NCBI GenBank assembly: GCA_965206695.1
Contig: CBDBKM010000010.1
Coordinates: 96,001 to 160,000, forward strand
DNA: 64,000 nt
Reading direction: 5' to 3'
Source: Chlamydiales bacterium
GTDB taxonomy: Bacteria > Chlamydiota > Chlamydiia > Chlamydiales > JAAZZY01
Shown one piece after another: positions 1 through 10,101 of this stretch (positions are counted from its first letter, which is position 1; every line of letters begins with the position of its first letter). The position numbers and the translations under genes were made by a program. A model generated the notes under the pieces. That model saw only the letters and a program-made list of their open reading frames with translations, was not told the DNA's origin and made no database searches.

Positions 1-531
1 GGGCTGTGTCCAAGACTCTCCCAAATGCTGTTTTCAAATCTTCAAACTTGAATTTCGACCATCTCAAAAGCTTAGCTCCGTTAGGCCTTGAAATAAGAAT
101 ATTATAGTTTACTTAAGGGTTATTTTGAAGAATTTATTCGGGAAGAACTGATTTACTTATGATTTTGATTATATGGTTTTCGGTAAGCGCCTTTACTTAC
201 AGTTTTGATATCGATCTTTAATTTTAAAAGACAATATTTGATAAATTTGTACTGTGTGGTGGCAGTAGATTTTGACTTTTAAGGGAATTTCAGAAAAGGT
301 TCGAATTGGTTGCAGTCGGGTCCGTCATTACAACCAATTCGAACCCTTGATGCCATCATTTAAAAGAGTCAGGGTAATTGGGTTTTGGCTATGTGGTAAG
401 GCCAAGTAACTTTTTCCTCTTAAGCTGTACAGCTTACAAATAAAGGCAAAAAAAATATGTCTATATCAAAAAAGTTAGAAAAAATAGAATGGAAAGATCG
501 TTTCAACTGTCTCCATGTACTGCATTTAATA

Positions 532-701
532 AGACTTCTGCATAACTGATTTCCGGTAACGATTCTTGGCGCCTATTGCGATGCTTTGCACTCATAATAA
601 AAAAACTGCTTATTATAAAATTTATCAAAATAAATGAAAAATAAGTTTAGACAATCAATGAGTTTTAAAAAAATATTATCAAGTCAGTTATGCAGAGGTC
701 T
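532..701. mobile_element. MITE (170 bp), TIR AGACYTCTGCATAACT, TA flanks
   Basis: AGACTTCTGCATAACTGA at 532 and TCAGTTATGCAGAGGTCT ending at 701; TA on both sides; same TIR recurs at 51662-51778. Confidence 0.75.
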
Positions 702-730
702 TATGAATTGGGAAAAAGAAAGCTACCTTT

Positions 731-1846
731 TTGCTATCTATTCATTTATTTACTCCCGCAATTCCTTCGATTGCTGTTTTTTTTAAGATAAATGCAGCTA
801 GTGCACAACTCACCGTTACCATCTTCCTTGTGGGGGTATCTTTAGGGCAATTGATATATGGTCCTATATCTAACAGATATGGAAGAAAATTAACCCTTTA
901 TATTGGAATATTTATAGAAATTATAGGCGCTTTATTATGCGCTTTTTCTCAACCGTTGAATTCGTTTTATCTATTAATCATATCTCGTTTCATTATGGCT
1001 TTAGGTGGAGCAGTGGGTTTGACTCTAACTCTAAATATTATTTCCGATTATTATAATCCTGAAAATGCACGTAGAATTATTGCATATGCGACACTAGCCT
1101 TTTCAATTATGCCTGCTTTATCTGTTGCTATAGGTGGTGTTTTAGTAACTTATTGGAGATGGGATACTACATTTTATTTTTTGGCTTTATATGGAGTATT
1201 TATTTTTATTTTATCTGTCTTTTTACCGGAAACAGCACCACTTACAGAGGTTCGACCAATCAAATTAAAAGGGCTTGTAAAAGCATACGCCAAAGTTTTT
1301 AGAGAAAGATACCTTTTATCATACGCATTGATTGCAGGAGGCACCACAGCAATAGTTTATATATTTGCTGTCAGAGCTCCATTTATTGTTATTCATCTAT
1401 GGAAAATTGCTCCCGATAAGTTTGGAGCATTAAATATGATTCCGCCGGTAGGGATGTTTATTGGCTATGTCATTGCTGCAAAGCTTGTGAAACTCATGAA
1501 AGCGACATCTGTGATTATTATGGGTGAGACGGTTATGTTAGGTTGTTCATTAGCAATGTTTATTTTATTTATTTTTGAGATATCGAATGTATGGAGTTTG
1601 TTTTTATTGATGGCGGCCGTTTTTTTTGGGCTGGCATTAGTTTATTCCAATGTTCTAGCTTTAGCTACTGCATGTAGCGACGATAAAGCACATGCCTCTT
1701 CAGGTATTAGTTTTATAAATATGTCAGTCGCTACTTTCGGGGTGCTTTTGATGAGTGCTTTTAAGATAGAAAATGCATATATCATGCCTCTTATCTTTAC
1801 AGCTATTTCTCTTATCATAATTATTATATTTATCTCAAAACGTTAA
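731..1846 (+). CDS. Bcr/CflA-family MFS drug:H+ antiporter, possibly 5'-truncated
   Basis: Multiple TM segments; GQLIYGPISNRYGRK motif A; starts at the end of the expected TM1, just downstream of a MITE. Confidence 0.85.
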   Translation: MLSIHLFTPAIPSIAVFFKINAASAQLTVTIFLVGVSLGQLIYGPISNRYGRKLTLYIGIFIEIIGALLCAFSQPLNSFYLLIISRFIMALGGAVGLTLTLNIISDYYNPENARRIIAYATLAFSIMPALSVAIGGVLVTYWRWDTTFYFLALYGVFIFILSVFLPETAPLTEVRPIKLKGLVKAYAKVFRERYLLSYALIAGGTTAIVYIFAVRAPFIVIHLWKIAPDKFGALNMIPPVGMFIGYVIAAKLVKLMKATSVIIMGETVMLGCSLAMFILFIFEISNVWSLFLLMAAVFFGLALVYSNVLALATACSDDKAHASSGISFINMSVATFGVLLMSAFKIENAYIMPLIFTAISLIIIIIFISKR

Positions 1847-1874
1847 AAGAGATTAAAGCAAAGAATATATAATC

Positions 1875-3083
1875 CTAGTGTTTTGGCAAAGGTTGTCCTT
1901 TCCAAGTATATCCTCTTCCGCTTCGATGTTTAATAATTGAATGAATAACAAGAGCAGACAGCAATCCACCTCCAATTCCCATCGTCCACCAATAGTAGGT
2001 AGGGAGCAGCAATAAGGATTGAATTTTTCTTCTAAGCATATAATGGCAACTTATGGTAAGGGTTGATAACCCTAGGGCAAATAAAATAATCATAGAAGGG
2101 CCATGAATCATTAAACTCAATAAAGCAAGAAGAAAACCAATATATGGTATAGTGAAAATCCATAAAAAGGCCATAGAAACAGAAATGGCAAACCAAAATT
2201 TATGATCAAGTCCACAATAGAAATTTTTGGTGTACCCTTCCCAGAGCTCACTAAAGGATTCATACATCCGCATGGTAGCTAGTTTAGGGCCCAAACAAAA
2301 CTCGACCCTATATCCGTAAGATTTCGTACGCTTACCAAGTTCAATATCTTCTAAAACTTCATTCGCGACACTGCGATGTCCGCCAATTTTATTATAAACG
2401 GAACTTCTAAAAAACATAAACCACCCCGGAGTGAACACTTCAGGTCGGGTTGGATCACTAACATGAACAAAACGAGGCCAGGCTAAATTACTTAGCACTA
2501 ATGGAGGCTCAACGATCCACTCAGCTGCACATTTTAGACTTTTTTTAGGATAGAAACTTAAAAGATCAGCTTGACATTTGTACATATGAGTTAAAGCCGC
2601 TTTCACTGCACCGGGCTTAAGAAAAATATCCGCATCGATAAATAAAAAATATTCCCCTTTAGCTTGCTTAGAGCCTTGAAAACAAGCCCAATTCTTATTT
2701 ATCCAAACTTCATTATCAGGCTTTGGGATGCCATTAAGAATAATTAAGCGAGGATCTTTCAACTCTTTTTCTAACTCTTCAAGGCGAATTTTCGTATTAT
2801 CTGTCGATTGATCGTTCAATACAATCACTTCAATCCGGTTATGAGGAAGCTGGCTTCCATCTAGAAGAGAGCGAACACACTTACAGATATACTCTTCTTC
2901 ATTATGTGCGGGAATAATAACGGAAACAAGATCATCCTTTAAGATTTTATTGAGATTTTTTTCAGCATTTGGGCTTTCCGGATAAGGAGTTAGAAGCGTG
3001 GTTTTTCGACTTGTAGCCAAAATCTTTAAAATAAAGAAGGTTACAAATAGACTTGAGACAATATTACAAACAAGAAGACTCAT
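1875..3083 (-). CDS. Membrane GT2 glycosyltransferase (CrtQ/CruC/HpnB-like)
   Basis: VSVIIPAHNEE, LFIDAD, W-x-x-K-x-WAC, EDIELG motifs; C-terminal TM helices ending WKG. Confidence 0.85.
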   Translation of the reverse strand: MSLLVCNIVSSLFVTFFILKILATSRKTTLLTPYPESPNAEKNLNKILKDDLVSVIIPAHNEEEYICKCVRSLLDGSQLPHNRIEVIVLNDQSTDNTKIRLEELEKELKDPRLIILNGIPKPDNEVWINKNWACFQGSKQAKGEYFLFIDADIFLKPGAVKAALTHMYKCQADLLSFYPKKSLKCAAEWIVEPPLVLSNLAWPRFVHVSDPTRPEVFTPGWFMFFRSSVYNKIGGHRSVANEVLEDIELGKRTKSYGYRVEFCLGPKLATMRMYESFSELWEGYTKNFYCGLDHKFWFAISVSMAFLWIFTIPYIGFLLALLSLMIHGPSMIILFALGLSTLTISCHYMLRRKIQSLLLLPTYYWWTMGIGGGLLSALVIHSIIKHRSGRGYTWKGQPLPKH

Positions 3084-3142
3084 TTTACTCCTTTCTACAC
3101 ATTAAACATGGGTTATTCATAATTTAAATAAAATTTGCATAA

Positions 3143-5401
3143 TTAATTTTTGTTCGCAATAAGATTTAACGCACTGCCCGCTTTAAACCAACAAATTTGA
3201 TTTTTACTAAAGGTATGCTTGAGCTGAATATTCTCTACTGAACCATCCGAATGTGCAATTTTTAGATTGAGCGGCTTGTCGGGGGCAAAGCTTGATAGAC
3301 TATCTAAAGATAAAAGATCATCTTCTAAAATTTTATTATAATCATTTTGGTTCATAAAAGTTAGAGCTAGCATTCCCTGTTTTTTTAAATTGGTCTCATG
3401 AATTCTTGCAAAGCTTTTGGCTATCACAATCCTTCCTCCAAGAAAACGAGGTTCCATCGCTGCATGTTCTCTTGACGAGCCTTCACCATAATTTTCATCT
3501 CCAATCGCAACCCACGTGATGCCATTTTTTTTATAGTCTCTTGCGATTTCTGAAAAGGCATTAATTTTTCCGGTAAGTAAATTTTTACCATGACCGATTT
3601 CTTCTCTAAAAGAATTTACGGCTCCACAAAACATATTGTCAGATATGTTATCTAAATGTCCTCTATAACGTAGCCATTTACCGGCCGGAGATATATGATC
3701 GGTTGTACATTTTCCGGTGACTTTCACCAAAACACGCATATCTTGCAAATCTTTTTCTTGCCAAGGTTTAAATGGTTCGAGTAATTGCAGTCGCTCGCTC
3801 TTAGGATTAACGATGATGTCAATATGAGCACCGTCTTTCGCAGGTTCAATAAAACCGACATCACCACGGTCAAATCCCTTGGGAGGTAATTCCTTGCCAT
3901 AAGGAGGGTCAAGATGAACTTGTTCACCTTTATCATTGATAAGAATATCTTTTTCAGGATTAAAAGAAAGTCGGCCCGCTAAGGCAAAAGCCATCACAAT
4001 TTCAGGACTGGCAACAAAAGCGTGGGTACCGGGATTAGCATCGTTACGACCGGAAAAGTTTCGGTTATAAGAGGTTATAATTGAATTTTTTTCTCCCGGA
4101 GCGACGTCATGCCTTTTCCATTGGCCAATGCAAGGACCACATGCATTCGCTAAGACAAGGCCACCTACTTCAGTAAATGTTTTTAAGTGACCATCTCTTT
4201 CGATAGTTGCTCGTATTTGTTCGGATCCGGGAGTAATAATCAGTTCGGATTTGGCTTGTAAACCTTTATCTTTTGCTTGAGAAGCAATACTGGTAGCCCT
4301 TTCCATATCCTCATAACTCGAGTTAGTACATGAACCGATAAGGGCAATTTTTAGCTCATCCGGATAGTTGTGTCTTTTAACTGCTTGAGCGAAATCCGAT
4401 AATTTCCAAGCTCTATCAGGACTATAAGGTCCATTGATATGAGGTTCCAATTCAGATAAATTAATCTCGATTACTTTATCATAGTATTTTCCCGGATCTT
4501 CTAGAACTTGATCATCCGGTTTCAAACAATCTTGGATTTTATCAGCAAGAACAGCAATTTTTTCACGTTCTGTTGCTCGTAAATAATCAGCCATTCTAGA
4601 ATCATAAGGAAAAATAGAAGTAGTAGCTCCGATTTCTGCTCCCATATTGCAGATGGTACCTTTACCTGTACAAGAAATAGATTGAGTCCCCGGTCCAAAA
4701 TATTCGACAATTGCACCGGTTCCACCTTTGACGGTTAAAATGCCGGCAACTTTTAAAATCACATCTTTAGGGGATGCCCATCCTTTTAATTCACCGGTTA
4801 ATTTCACACCAATGGTTTTAGGGAATTGTAATTCCCAAGGCATTCCCGCCATAACATCAACAGCGTCAGCTCCACCTACACCAACGGCTACCATACCTAA
4901 TCCACCGGCATTAGGAGTATGAGAGTCAGTACCTATCATCATTCCTCCCGGAAATGCATAGTTCTCTAAAACGATTTGATGGATGATTCCTGATCCGGGC
5001 TTCCAAAATCCGATACCATATTTATTTGAGGAGCTTTGTAAAAAGTCAAAGACTTCTTTGTTCTCTGTATTAGCGCGTTTGAGGTCTTCTTCCGCACCTA
5101 TCTCGGCTAAAATAAGATGATCACAATGAACAGTAGTAGGAACAGTGGTTTTCTTTTTTTTAGAGGAGATAAATTGCAATAAAGCCATTTGAGCTGTGGC
5201 ATCTTGCATAGCCACTCTATCCGGAGCAAAATCGATATATGAAACACTCGGTTGTGCCGGCTTATTTAAGGGAGAGGATAGATGTGAATAGAGAATCTTT
5301 TCAGTTAGATTCATTGGTCGCTTAAATAAGTTGCGTATAGCTTCAAGCTTTTGCGAGAGTTCACTATAAAAATTTTGGATTATATTCAGGTCAAAGGGCA
5401 T
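3143..5401 (-). CDS. acnA: Aconitate hydratase (mitochondrial-type subfamily)
   Basis: [42 protein letters not shown] and [12 protein letters not shown] motifs; 752 aa. Confidence 0.95.
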   Translation of the reverse strand: MPFDLNIIQNFYSELSQKLEAIRNLFKRPMNLTEKILYSHLSSPLNKPAQPSVSYIDFAPDRVAMQDATAQMALLQFISSKKKKTTVPTTVHCDHLILAEIGAEEDLKRANTENKEVFDFLQSSSNKYGIGFWKPGSGIIHQIVLENYAFPGGMMIGTDSHTPNAGGLGMVAVGVGGADAVDVMAGMPWELQFPKTIGVKLTGELKGWASPKDVILKVAGILTVKGGTGAIVEYFGPGTQSISCTGKGTICNMGAEIGATTSIFPYDSRMADYLRATEREKIAVLADKIQDCLKPDDQVLEDPGKYYDKVIEINLSELEPHINGPYSPDRAWKLSDFAQAVKRHNYPDELKIALIGSCTNSSYEDMERATSIASQAKDKGLQAKSELIITPGSEQIRATIERDGHLKTFTEVGGLVLANACGPCIGQWKRHDVAPGEKNSIITSYNRNFSGRNDANPGTHAFVASPEIVMAFALAGRLSFNPEKDILINDKGEQVHLDPPYGKELPPKGFDRGDVGFIEPAKDGAHIDIIVNPKSERLQLLEPFKPWQEKDLQDMRVLVKVTGKCTTDHISPAGKWLRYRGHLDNISDNMFCGAVNSFREEIGHGKNLLTGKINAFSEIARDYKKNGITWVAIGDENYGEGSSREHAAMEPRFLGGRIVIAKSFARIHETNLKKQGMLALTFMNQNDYNKILEDDLLSLDSLSSFAPDKPLNLKIAHSDGSVENIQLKHTFSKNQICWFKAGSALNLIANKN

Positions 5402-5816
5402 TATATCCTCCTAAATCCCGTAATGGTGCAAGATAAAAGCAGATAATAGCCTACAGTGTTTTATTGAAAATAAGCAAGTAACAATGCAATAGTAGCTTCA
5501 AATTTATTTATTTTTCTTATAGCAGATTTCTAAATAAATAATTTGCAGGGTTTTAAGTTTTAAAACTTATGTTTTTCTAAATATATTTTATCCTGATTTA
5601 TCAAGTGATTTGCAAGACCGTATTTTAGAGCGTTAAATCAGTTTATTTGTTAATATAATTATGATTCAGTCTTATCCAAAAAAAACCGGGTTGGTTTTTT
5701 TATAAACACCAAATTTTGTATAATCTTGGATTTCTTAAAGATTGTTTTAGGATCTATAGATTAGAAAGAATCGGTGTGCTATATCTATTCTAAAATTTAT
5801 ACAGGTAAATGAAGCA

Positions 5817-6278
5817 ATGGGCATTCCACCAGTAAAATTCCGTGAGGTTGTATTTCAGTTACTGGTATCACAAGACTATTATGCTTTTTCTGATGAAGAG
5901 ATTATTCCTTTTATTATGAAAGAGATTAAAGTCAGCTATAAGGATGTTTTTGCAGCCTTACAGCGTATGAATCAAATCTGTGAAAAAAACGAGGATCTTG
6001 ATCGTGAAATTTCCGCAGTGAGTACGTCTTATGCTCTTAATAGAATTCAAAGAATAGAACGGAATATACTAAGACTGGGAATTTACGAACTCCTTTTTGA
6101 TTCTTCTATGCCTGATAAAGTTGCCATATCTGAAGCTTTAAGGCTTTGCCGTAAATTTAGTACTAAAGAAGCCGCAAATTTCGTTAACGCTCTTCTAGAC
6201 AAGATTTATAAAAAGAAGACTGAGATAGGGCTGCCTAAGGAGAGTACTGCTATAGAGTCAATTTGTCATTCAAGTTAG
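5817..6278 (+). CDS. nusB: Transcription antitermination factor NusB
   Basis: ERNILRLGIYEL...VAISEA...FVNALLD motifs. Confidence 0.95.
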   Translation: MGIPPVKFREVVFQLLVSQDYYAFSDEEIIPFIMKEIKVSYKDVFAALQRMNQICEKNEDLDREISAVSTSYALNRIQRIERNILRLGIYELLFDSSMPDKVAISEALRLCRKFSTKEAANFVNALLDKIYKKKTEIGLPKESTAIESICHSS

Positions 6279-6326
6279 TTCGATAAATCGTATTATGTTT
6301 ATGTTTATGTTTGGTGATCATTTCCT

Positions 6327-7196
6327 ATGAAGATTGAATCATTAAATTGGAAACGCGATATATCCCTGGCGCTTTATTCAACTTTTCTTATTGGAGGAAA
6401 GGCTAAATATTTTATTTCTATTTCGAATATAGAAGAGATGAATTTAGCTCTTCGATTTTGTTCAGACAATAGGATTCCATATTTTATTCTTGGTAAAGGT
6501 TCCAATATACTCTTTGATGATCGAGGTTTTAATGGGGCTGTTATTTTAAATAAGATTCAATTCTTAGAGCAAAAAGGATCTTTATTTACAGCAGGAGGAG
6601 GCTATAGTTTCTCTTTACTTGGATTAAGGGCCGCTCGAATGGGATTCTCCGGTCTTGAGTATGCAGCAGGTATCCCCGCTTCTGTAGGAGGGGCTGTTTT
6701 TATGAATGCCGGAGCAGATAAACAAGAAATAGCCGATACGATTTCCTCAGTTGAATTTATTCATGATGATGGTACAAAAAAGCTTTTTCAAAAAGCTCAG
6801 TTACAATTTGATTACCGATTTTCTTCCTTTCAACACTTAAATGGTGTTATTGTTTCAGCTTCTTTTAATTTAAAAAAAGTAGAAGGTGTAAGAGCCAAAC
6901 AATTGATTTTACTCAAAAGACGCAAAGATTTACAACCCGGAAACGAGCATTGTGCGGGCTGTGTTTTTCGAAATCCTAAAGGATCCTCTGCAGGATTTCT
7001 TATTGATCAAATAGGTTTAAAGGGATATTCAAAAGGGGATGCTCAGGTTTCGCTTAAGCATGCAAATTTTATTGTAAATAAAGGAAAAGCCCTAGCCGGA
7101 GATGTTTTGGAATTAATCTCTTACATACAAGATAAAGTAAAACAATCAAAAGGAGTGACACTCCGACCGGAAGTGCGTTATATTCCTTATGAATGA
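6327..7196 (+). CDS. murB: UDP-N-acetylenolpyruvoylglucosamine reductase
   Basis: IGGKA, LGKGSNIL, GIPASVGGAVFMNAGA, AGCVFRNP, KHANFIVN. Confidence 0.97.
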   Translation: MKIESLNWKRDISLALYSTFLIGGKAKYFISISNIEEMNLALRFCSDNRIPYFILGKGSNILFDDRGFNGAVILNKIQFLEQKGSLFTAGGGYSFSLLGLRAARMGFSGLEYAAGIPASVGGAVFMNAGADKQEIADTISSVEFIHDDGTKKLFQKAQLQFDYRFSSFQHLNGVIVSASFNLKKVEGVRAKQLILLKRRKDLQPGNEHCAGCVFRNPKGSSAGFLIDQIGLKGYSKGDAQVSLKHANFIVNKGKALAGDVLELISYIQDKVKQSKGVTLRPEVRYIPYE

Positions 7197-8052
7197 AAAT
7201 AAAATCCCAATATTTCGAGCAGATTTACATTGTCATACGACTTTTTCAGACGGTTCTTTAACGCCGACAGAAATAATTTACTTAGCTAAAGAAAAAAAAT
7301 TACAAGGACTGTCGATTACAGATCATGATACGTTTTTGGGTTATGAAGAGGCTCTTCCTGTTGCTAAAGAATGTAATATACAATTGATATCCGGGATTGA
7401 ATGTAGTTCTGAATATAACGATGAACCCGTACATATTTTAGGTTATGCTTTTTCTTTAAATAATCCCAAAATTAACAGCTTTTCTGAGCTCTGTCAAAAT
7501 CATCGAATCGAACGCAATCGTTCGATTTTGAAGAAGTTAAAGGAGCGTGGTATGAAAGTGGAAGAAGAGGAATTGTTATATAGTTTTTCCGATGAAGCTC
7601 ATAAAGGCAGCTTAGGAAGACCTCATATTGCTAACCTGCTTGTCAAAAAGGGGTATGTAAAAAATATTCAAGATGCCTTTAAACGCCTCTTGGCAGAAGG
7701 CAAGCCTTGCTATACTCATGGGCAAAAAGTATCCATACAGGATACGATAAATATCATACATTCAGCCGGTGGATTAGCCTGTATTGCACATCCTCATTTT
7801 ATTAAAAGAAAACGCATAGTCAAAGATCTTTTAACTTATGATTTTGATGGCATTGAGGTATATTATGCTTGTTTTCCTTCTAATAAAGAAAAAAAGTGGC
7901 TTCAAATAGCGAGGGGGAAAAAATGGTTAGCTACAGGAGGTTCTGACTTTCATGGGATGCCTAAACCGCATATTCCTTTGGGCGCTTCTTGGGTCTCAGA
8001 AAAAATATTTAATTATTTACATCAAACTTTCATTAAAAATAACCCGTTGTGA
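7189..8052 (+). CDS. PHP-domain phosphoesterase (TrpH/YciV-like)
   Basis: DLHCHTTFSDG, ITDHD, GRPHIA, AHP, GGSDFH. Confidence 0.92.
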   Translation: MNENKIPIFRADLHCHTTFSDGSLTPTEIIYLAKEKKLQGLSITDHDTFLGYEEALPVAKECNIQLISGIECSSEYNDEPVHILGYAFSLNNPKINSFSELCQNHRIERNRSILKKLKERGMKVEEEELLYSFSDEAHKGSLGRPHIANLLVKKGYVKNIQDAFKRLLAEGKPCYTHGQKVSIQDTINIIHSAGGLACIAHPHFIKRKRIVKDLLTYDFDGIEVYYACFPSNKEKKWLQIARGKKWLATGGSDFHGMPKPHIPLGASWVSEKIFNYLHQTFIKNNPL

Positions 8053-9287
8053 ACTATTTAAAGATTCTTCAGCAATTATATCAAATCAACACCTCTCCAT
8101 TAAAAAAAATGGACTTGAGGAATGCGCACAAGCTAAATCAGCTTCTAAAAGAACCGATTAATGATTTTTCTTCAATCCATATTGCCGGAACAAACGGAAA
8201 AGGTTCCGTCGCTTTTAAGATTGCTAAAAGCTTACAATTTTCCGGTTATAGAGTCGGAGTGTATACATCTCCTCATATTAGTTCATTTCGTGAAAGAATT
8301 AGGATAAATGATCAACTCATTGAAGAAGAACAAGTGGTAGATTTAGTTGTGCAAATAAGGCAAATAGTTGATCAGAATCAACTGGAAATAAGTTTTTTTG
8401 AAATGATAACGTTCTTAGCTTTTCTATATTTTTCTCAACAAAAAGTGGATATCGCTATTATTGAAACAGGCTTGGGAGGGCGATTGGACACGACTAATAT
8501 TATTACTCCCCTTGTATCGATTATTACATCAGTGAGTTTAGATCATTGCGAAATATTAGGTGATACAATTGTTGATATTGCTAAGGAAAAGGCTGCTATT
8601 ATTAAACCCTCTATCCCTGTTGTTTTAGGGTCAACTGTACCTGAAATAGTAAGTTCTTTTGCAAGAGATAAAAATAGTTGTATTTTTAAATTGCATACAA
8701 CAGAGAGTTTTTATGATGATGAAAATAAAAATATTGCATCTCTTGCGATTTCTTTAATACAACATCAGTTTCCCGTTGCCTTAAAATATCTAAACAAAGG
8801 ATTGCAGTTGCGCCCGGCTTGTCGTTTTGAAATTGTCTCTTACCCGGGTTCAGAAGATATTATAATTTTGGATGTAGCACATAACCCAAAAGCTTTGAAA
8901 AAAGTATTTGAGCATATTAAAAAACGTTGGCCATATGAAAGTATAAGAGTCGTGACCTGTCTTTCAAGAGGCAAAGATTTAAAGCATTGTTTTCAAATTA
9001 TTCTTGATTACGCCCATACTCTTGATCTCATTAATGGTACTCATCCTCGGCTATGCTCTTTTTCGGATCAAGTTCATGTCCTTGATCGACTGGGCTATCA
9101 GCTAAAAAATTCTAATAAGAGTATGCAAGAAACTTTATCGGATACGATTTCTCCGGCCAAAAAAAATAAAGAGATTGTCTTAATTACGGGATCATTTTTT
9201 ATTATGTCTGAAGCGCGAAAATTTTTAGGATTTAAAGAGAGATCGGATGATGTCGAACTTAATGAGGTGCGTGCTTGTGTATCATGA
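8049..9287 (+). CDS. folC: Folylpolyglutamate synthase/dihydrofolate synthase
   Basis: HIAGTNGKGS, YTSPHI, ETGLGGRLDTTN, LDVAHNP, TGSF. Confidence 0.93.
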   Translation: MNYLKILQQLYQINTSPLKKMDLRNAHKLNQLLKEPINDFSSIHIAGTNGKGSVAFKIAKSLQFSGYRVGVYTSPHISSFRERIRINDQLIEEEQVVDLVVQIRQIVDQNQLEISFFEMITFLAFLYFSQQKVDIAIIETGLGGRLDTTNIITPLVSIITSVSLDHCEILGDTIVDIAKEKAAIIKPSIPVVLGSTVPEIVSSFARDKNSCIFKLHTTESFYDDENKNIASLAISLIQHQFPVALKYLNKGLQLRPACRFEIVSYPGSEDIIILDVAHNPKALKKVFEHIKKRWPYESIRVVTCLSRGKDLKHCFQIILDYAHTLDLINGTHPRLCSFSDQVHVLDRLGYQLKNSNKSMQETLSDTISPAKKNKEIVLITGSFFIMSEARKFLGFKERSDDVELNEVRACVS

Positions 9288-9407
9288 TTAAAGAAGGTCC
9301 GAGACGGCGGCTAACGCTTAGAATCACTGACTACGTCCGGCTACTTGCGTCCTGCAAGGTTTCTTCGCTGCGCTTTTCCTGTTTCAACACGGTCCCTATC
9401 ATTACCG

Positions 9408-10099
9408 CTAAGCGGCTACTTTCGGTTTATTTGACGCTCCACAGGCACTTCCCGCACTCGTTGCGGTGAGTAATATATTTCTTGCGGCATTGATATCGCT
9501 GTCATGCTCGATTCCACATTTTTCACACTGCCACGAGCGCACACTTAAGACAAGATCTTTCTTAATATGGCCACATTTATAACAAGTTTTACTTGTAGGC
9601 TCATATCTTCCGATGATATGCAAATCCCTGCGATACCACTTGGACTTATACTCGATTTGTCTACTAAATTCACTCCAACCGGCGTCCCCGATCGATCGAC
9701 TCAATCTACTATTGGCCATCATGCCACGCACATGCAGGTCTTCCGGCGCTATTACTTGGTTTTCGCGTACGATAGAAGTATTCAACTTGTGCAAGTAGTC
9801 TTGCCTCTTATCGGCTATTCGCCGGTGAAGTTTACCTAGTTTCTTGCGTGCTTTTCTTCTGTTTTTCGAGCCTTTCAGTCTTTTTGAAAGACATCTTGAT
9901 TTTTTTCTAAATTTTTTTAGAAACCTTCCTAAAACTTTAAGAGGTTTATATCTTTTCCCATTGCTGTCAGTTGCAAAAGTTTTTAGTCCAAGATCTACTC
10001 CTATCCTTGCATTTGTTGTCGTAGCTTCTTTTGTACAGTTCACATCCACTTGAAGCGAAACATACCATTCATCAGCACAATTTTTAGATAGCGTTGCAC
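9408..10099 (-). pseudogene. tnpB: TnpB (IS200/IS605-type RNA-guided nuclease), 3' fragment
   Basis: GVDLGLK, EDL, TSKTC..CG zinc finger, DSDINAARNI; truncated at TA 10100 by an IS630 element. Confidence 0.92.
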
Positions 10100-10101
10100 T
10101 A

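Noticed and set aside
1..100. GC-richer segment starting GGGCTGTGTCCAAG that could be half of a palindromic element or IS end
   Set aside because: At the window edge, with no partner end or second copy visible.
298..345. GGTTCGAA resembling a tRNA T-loop
   Set aside because: It is one arm of a simple inverted repeat; no cloverleaf.
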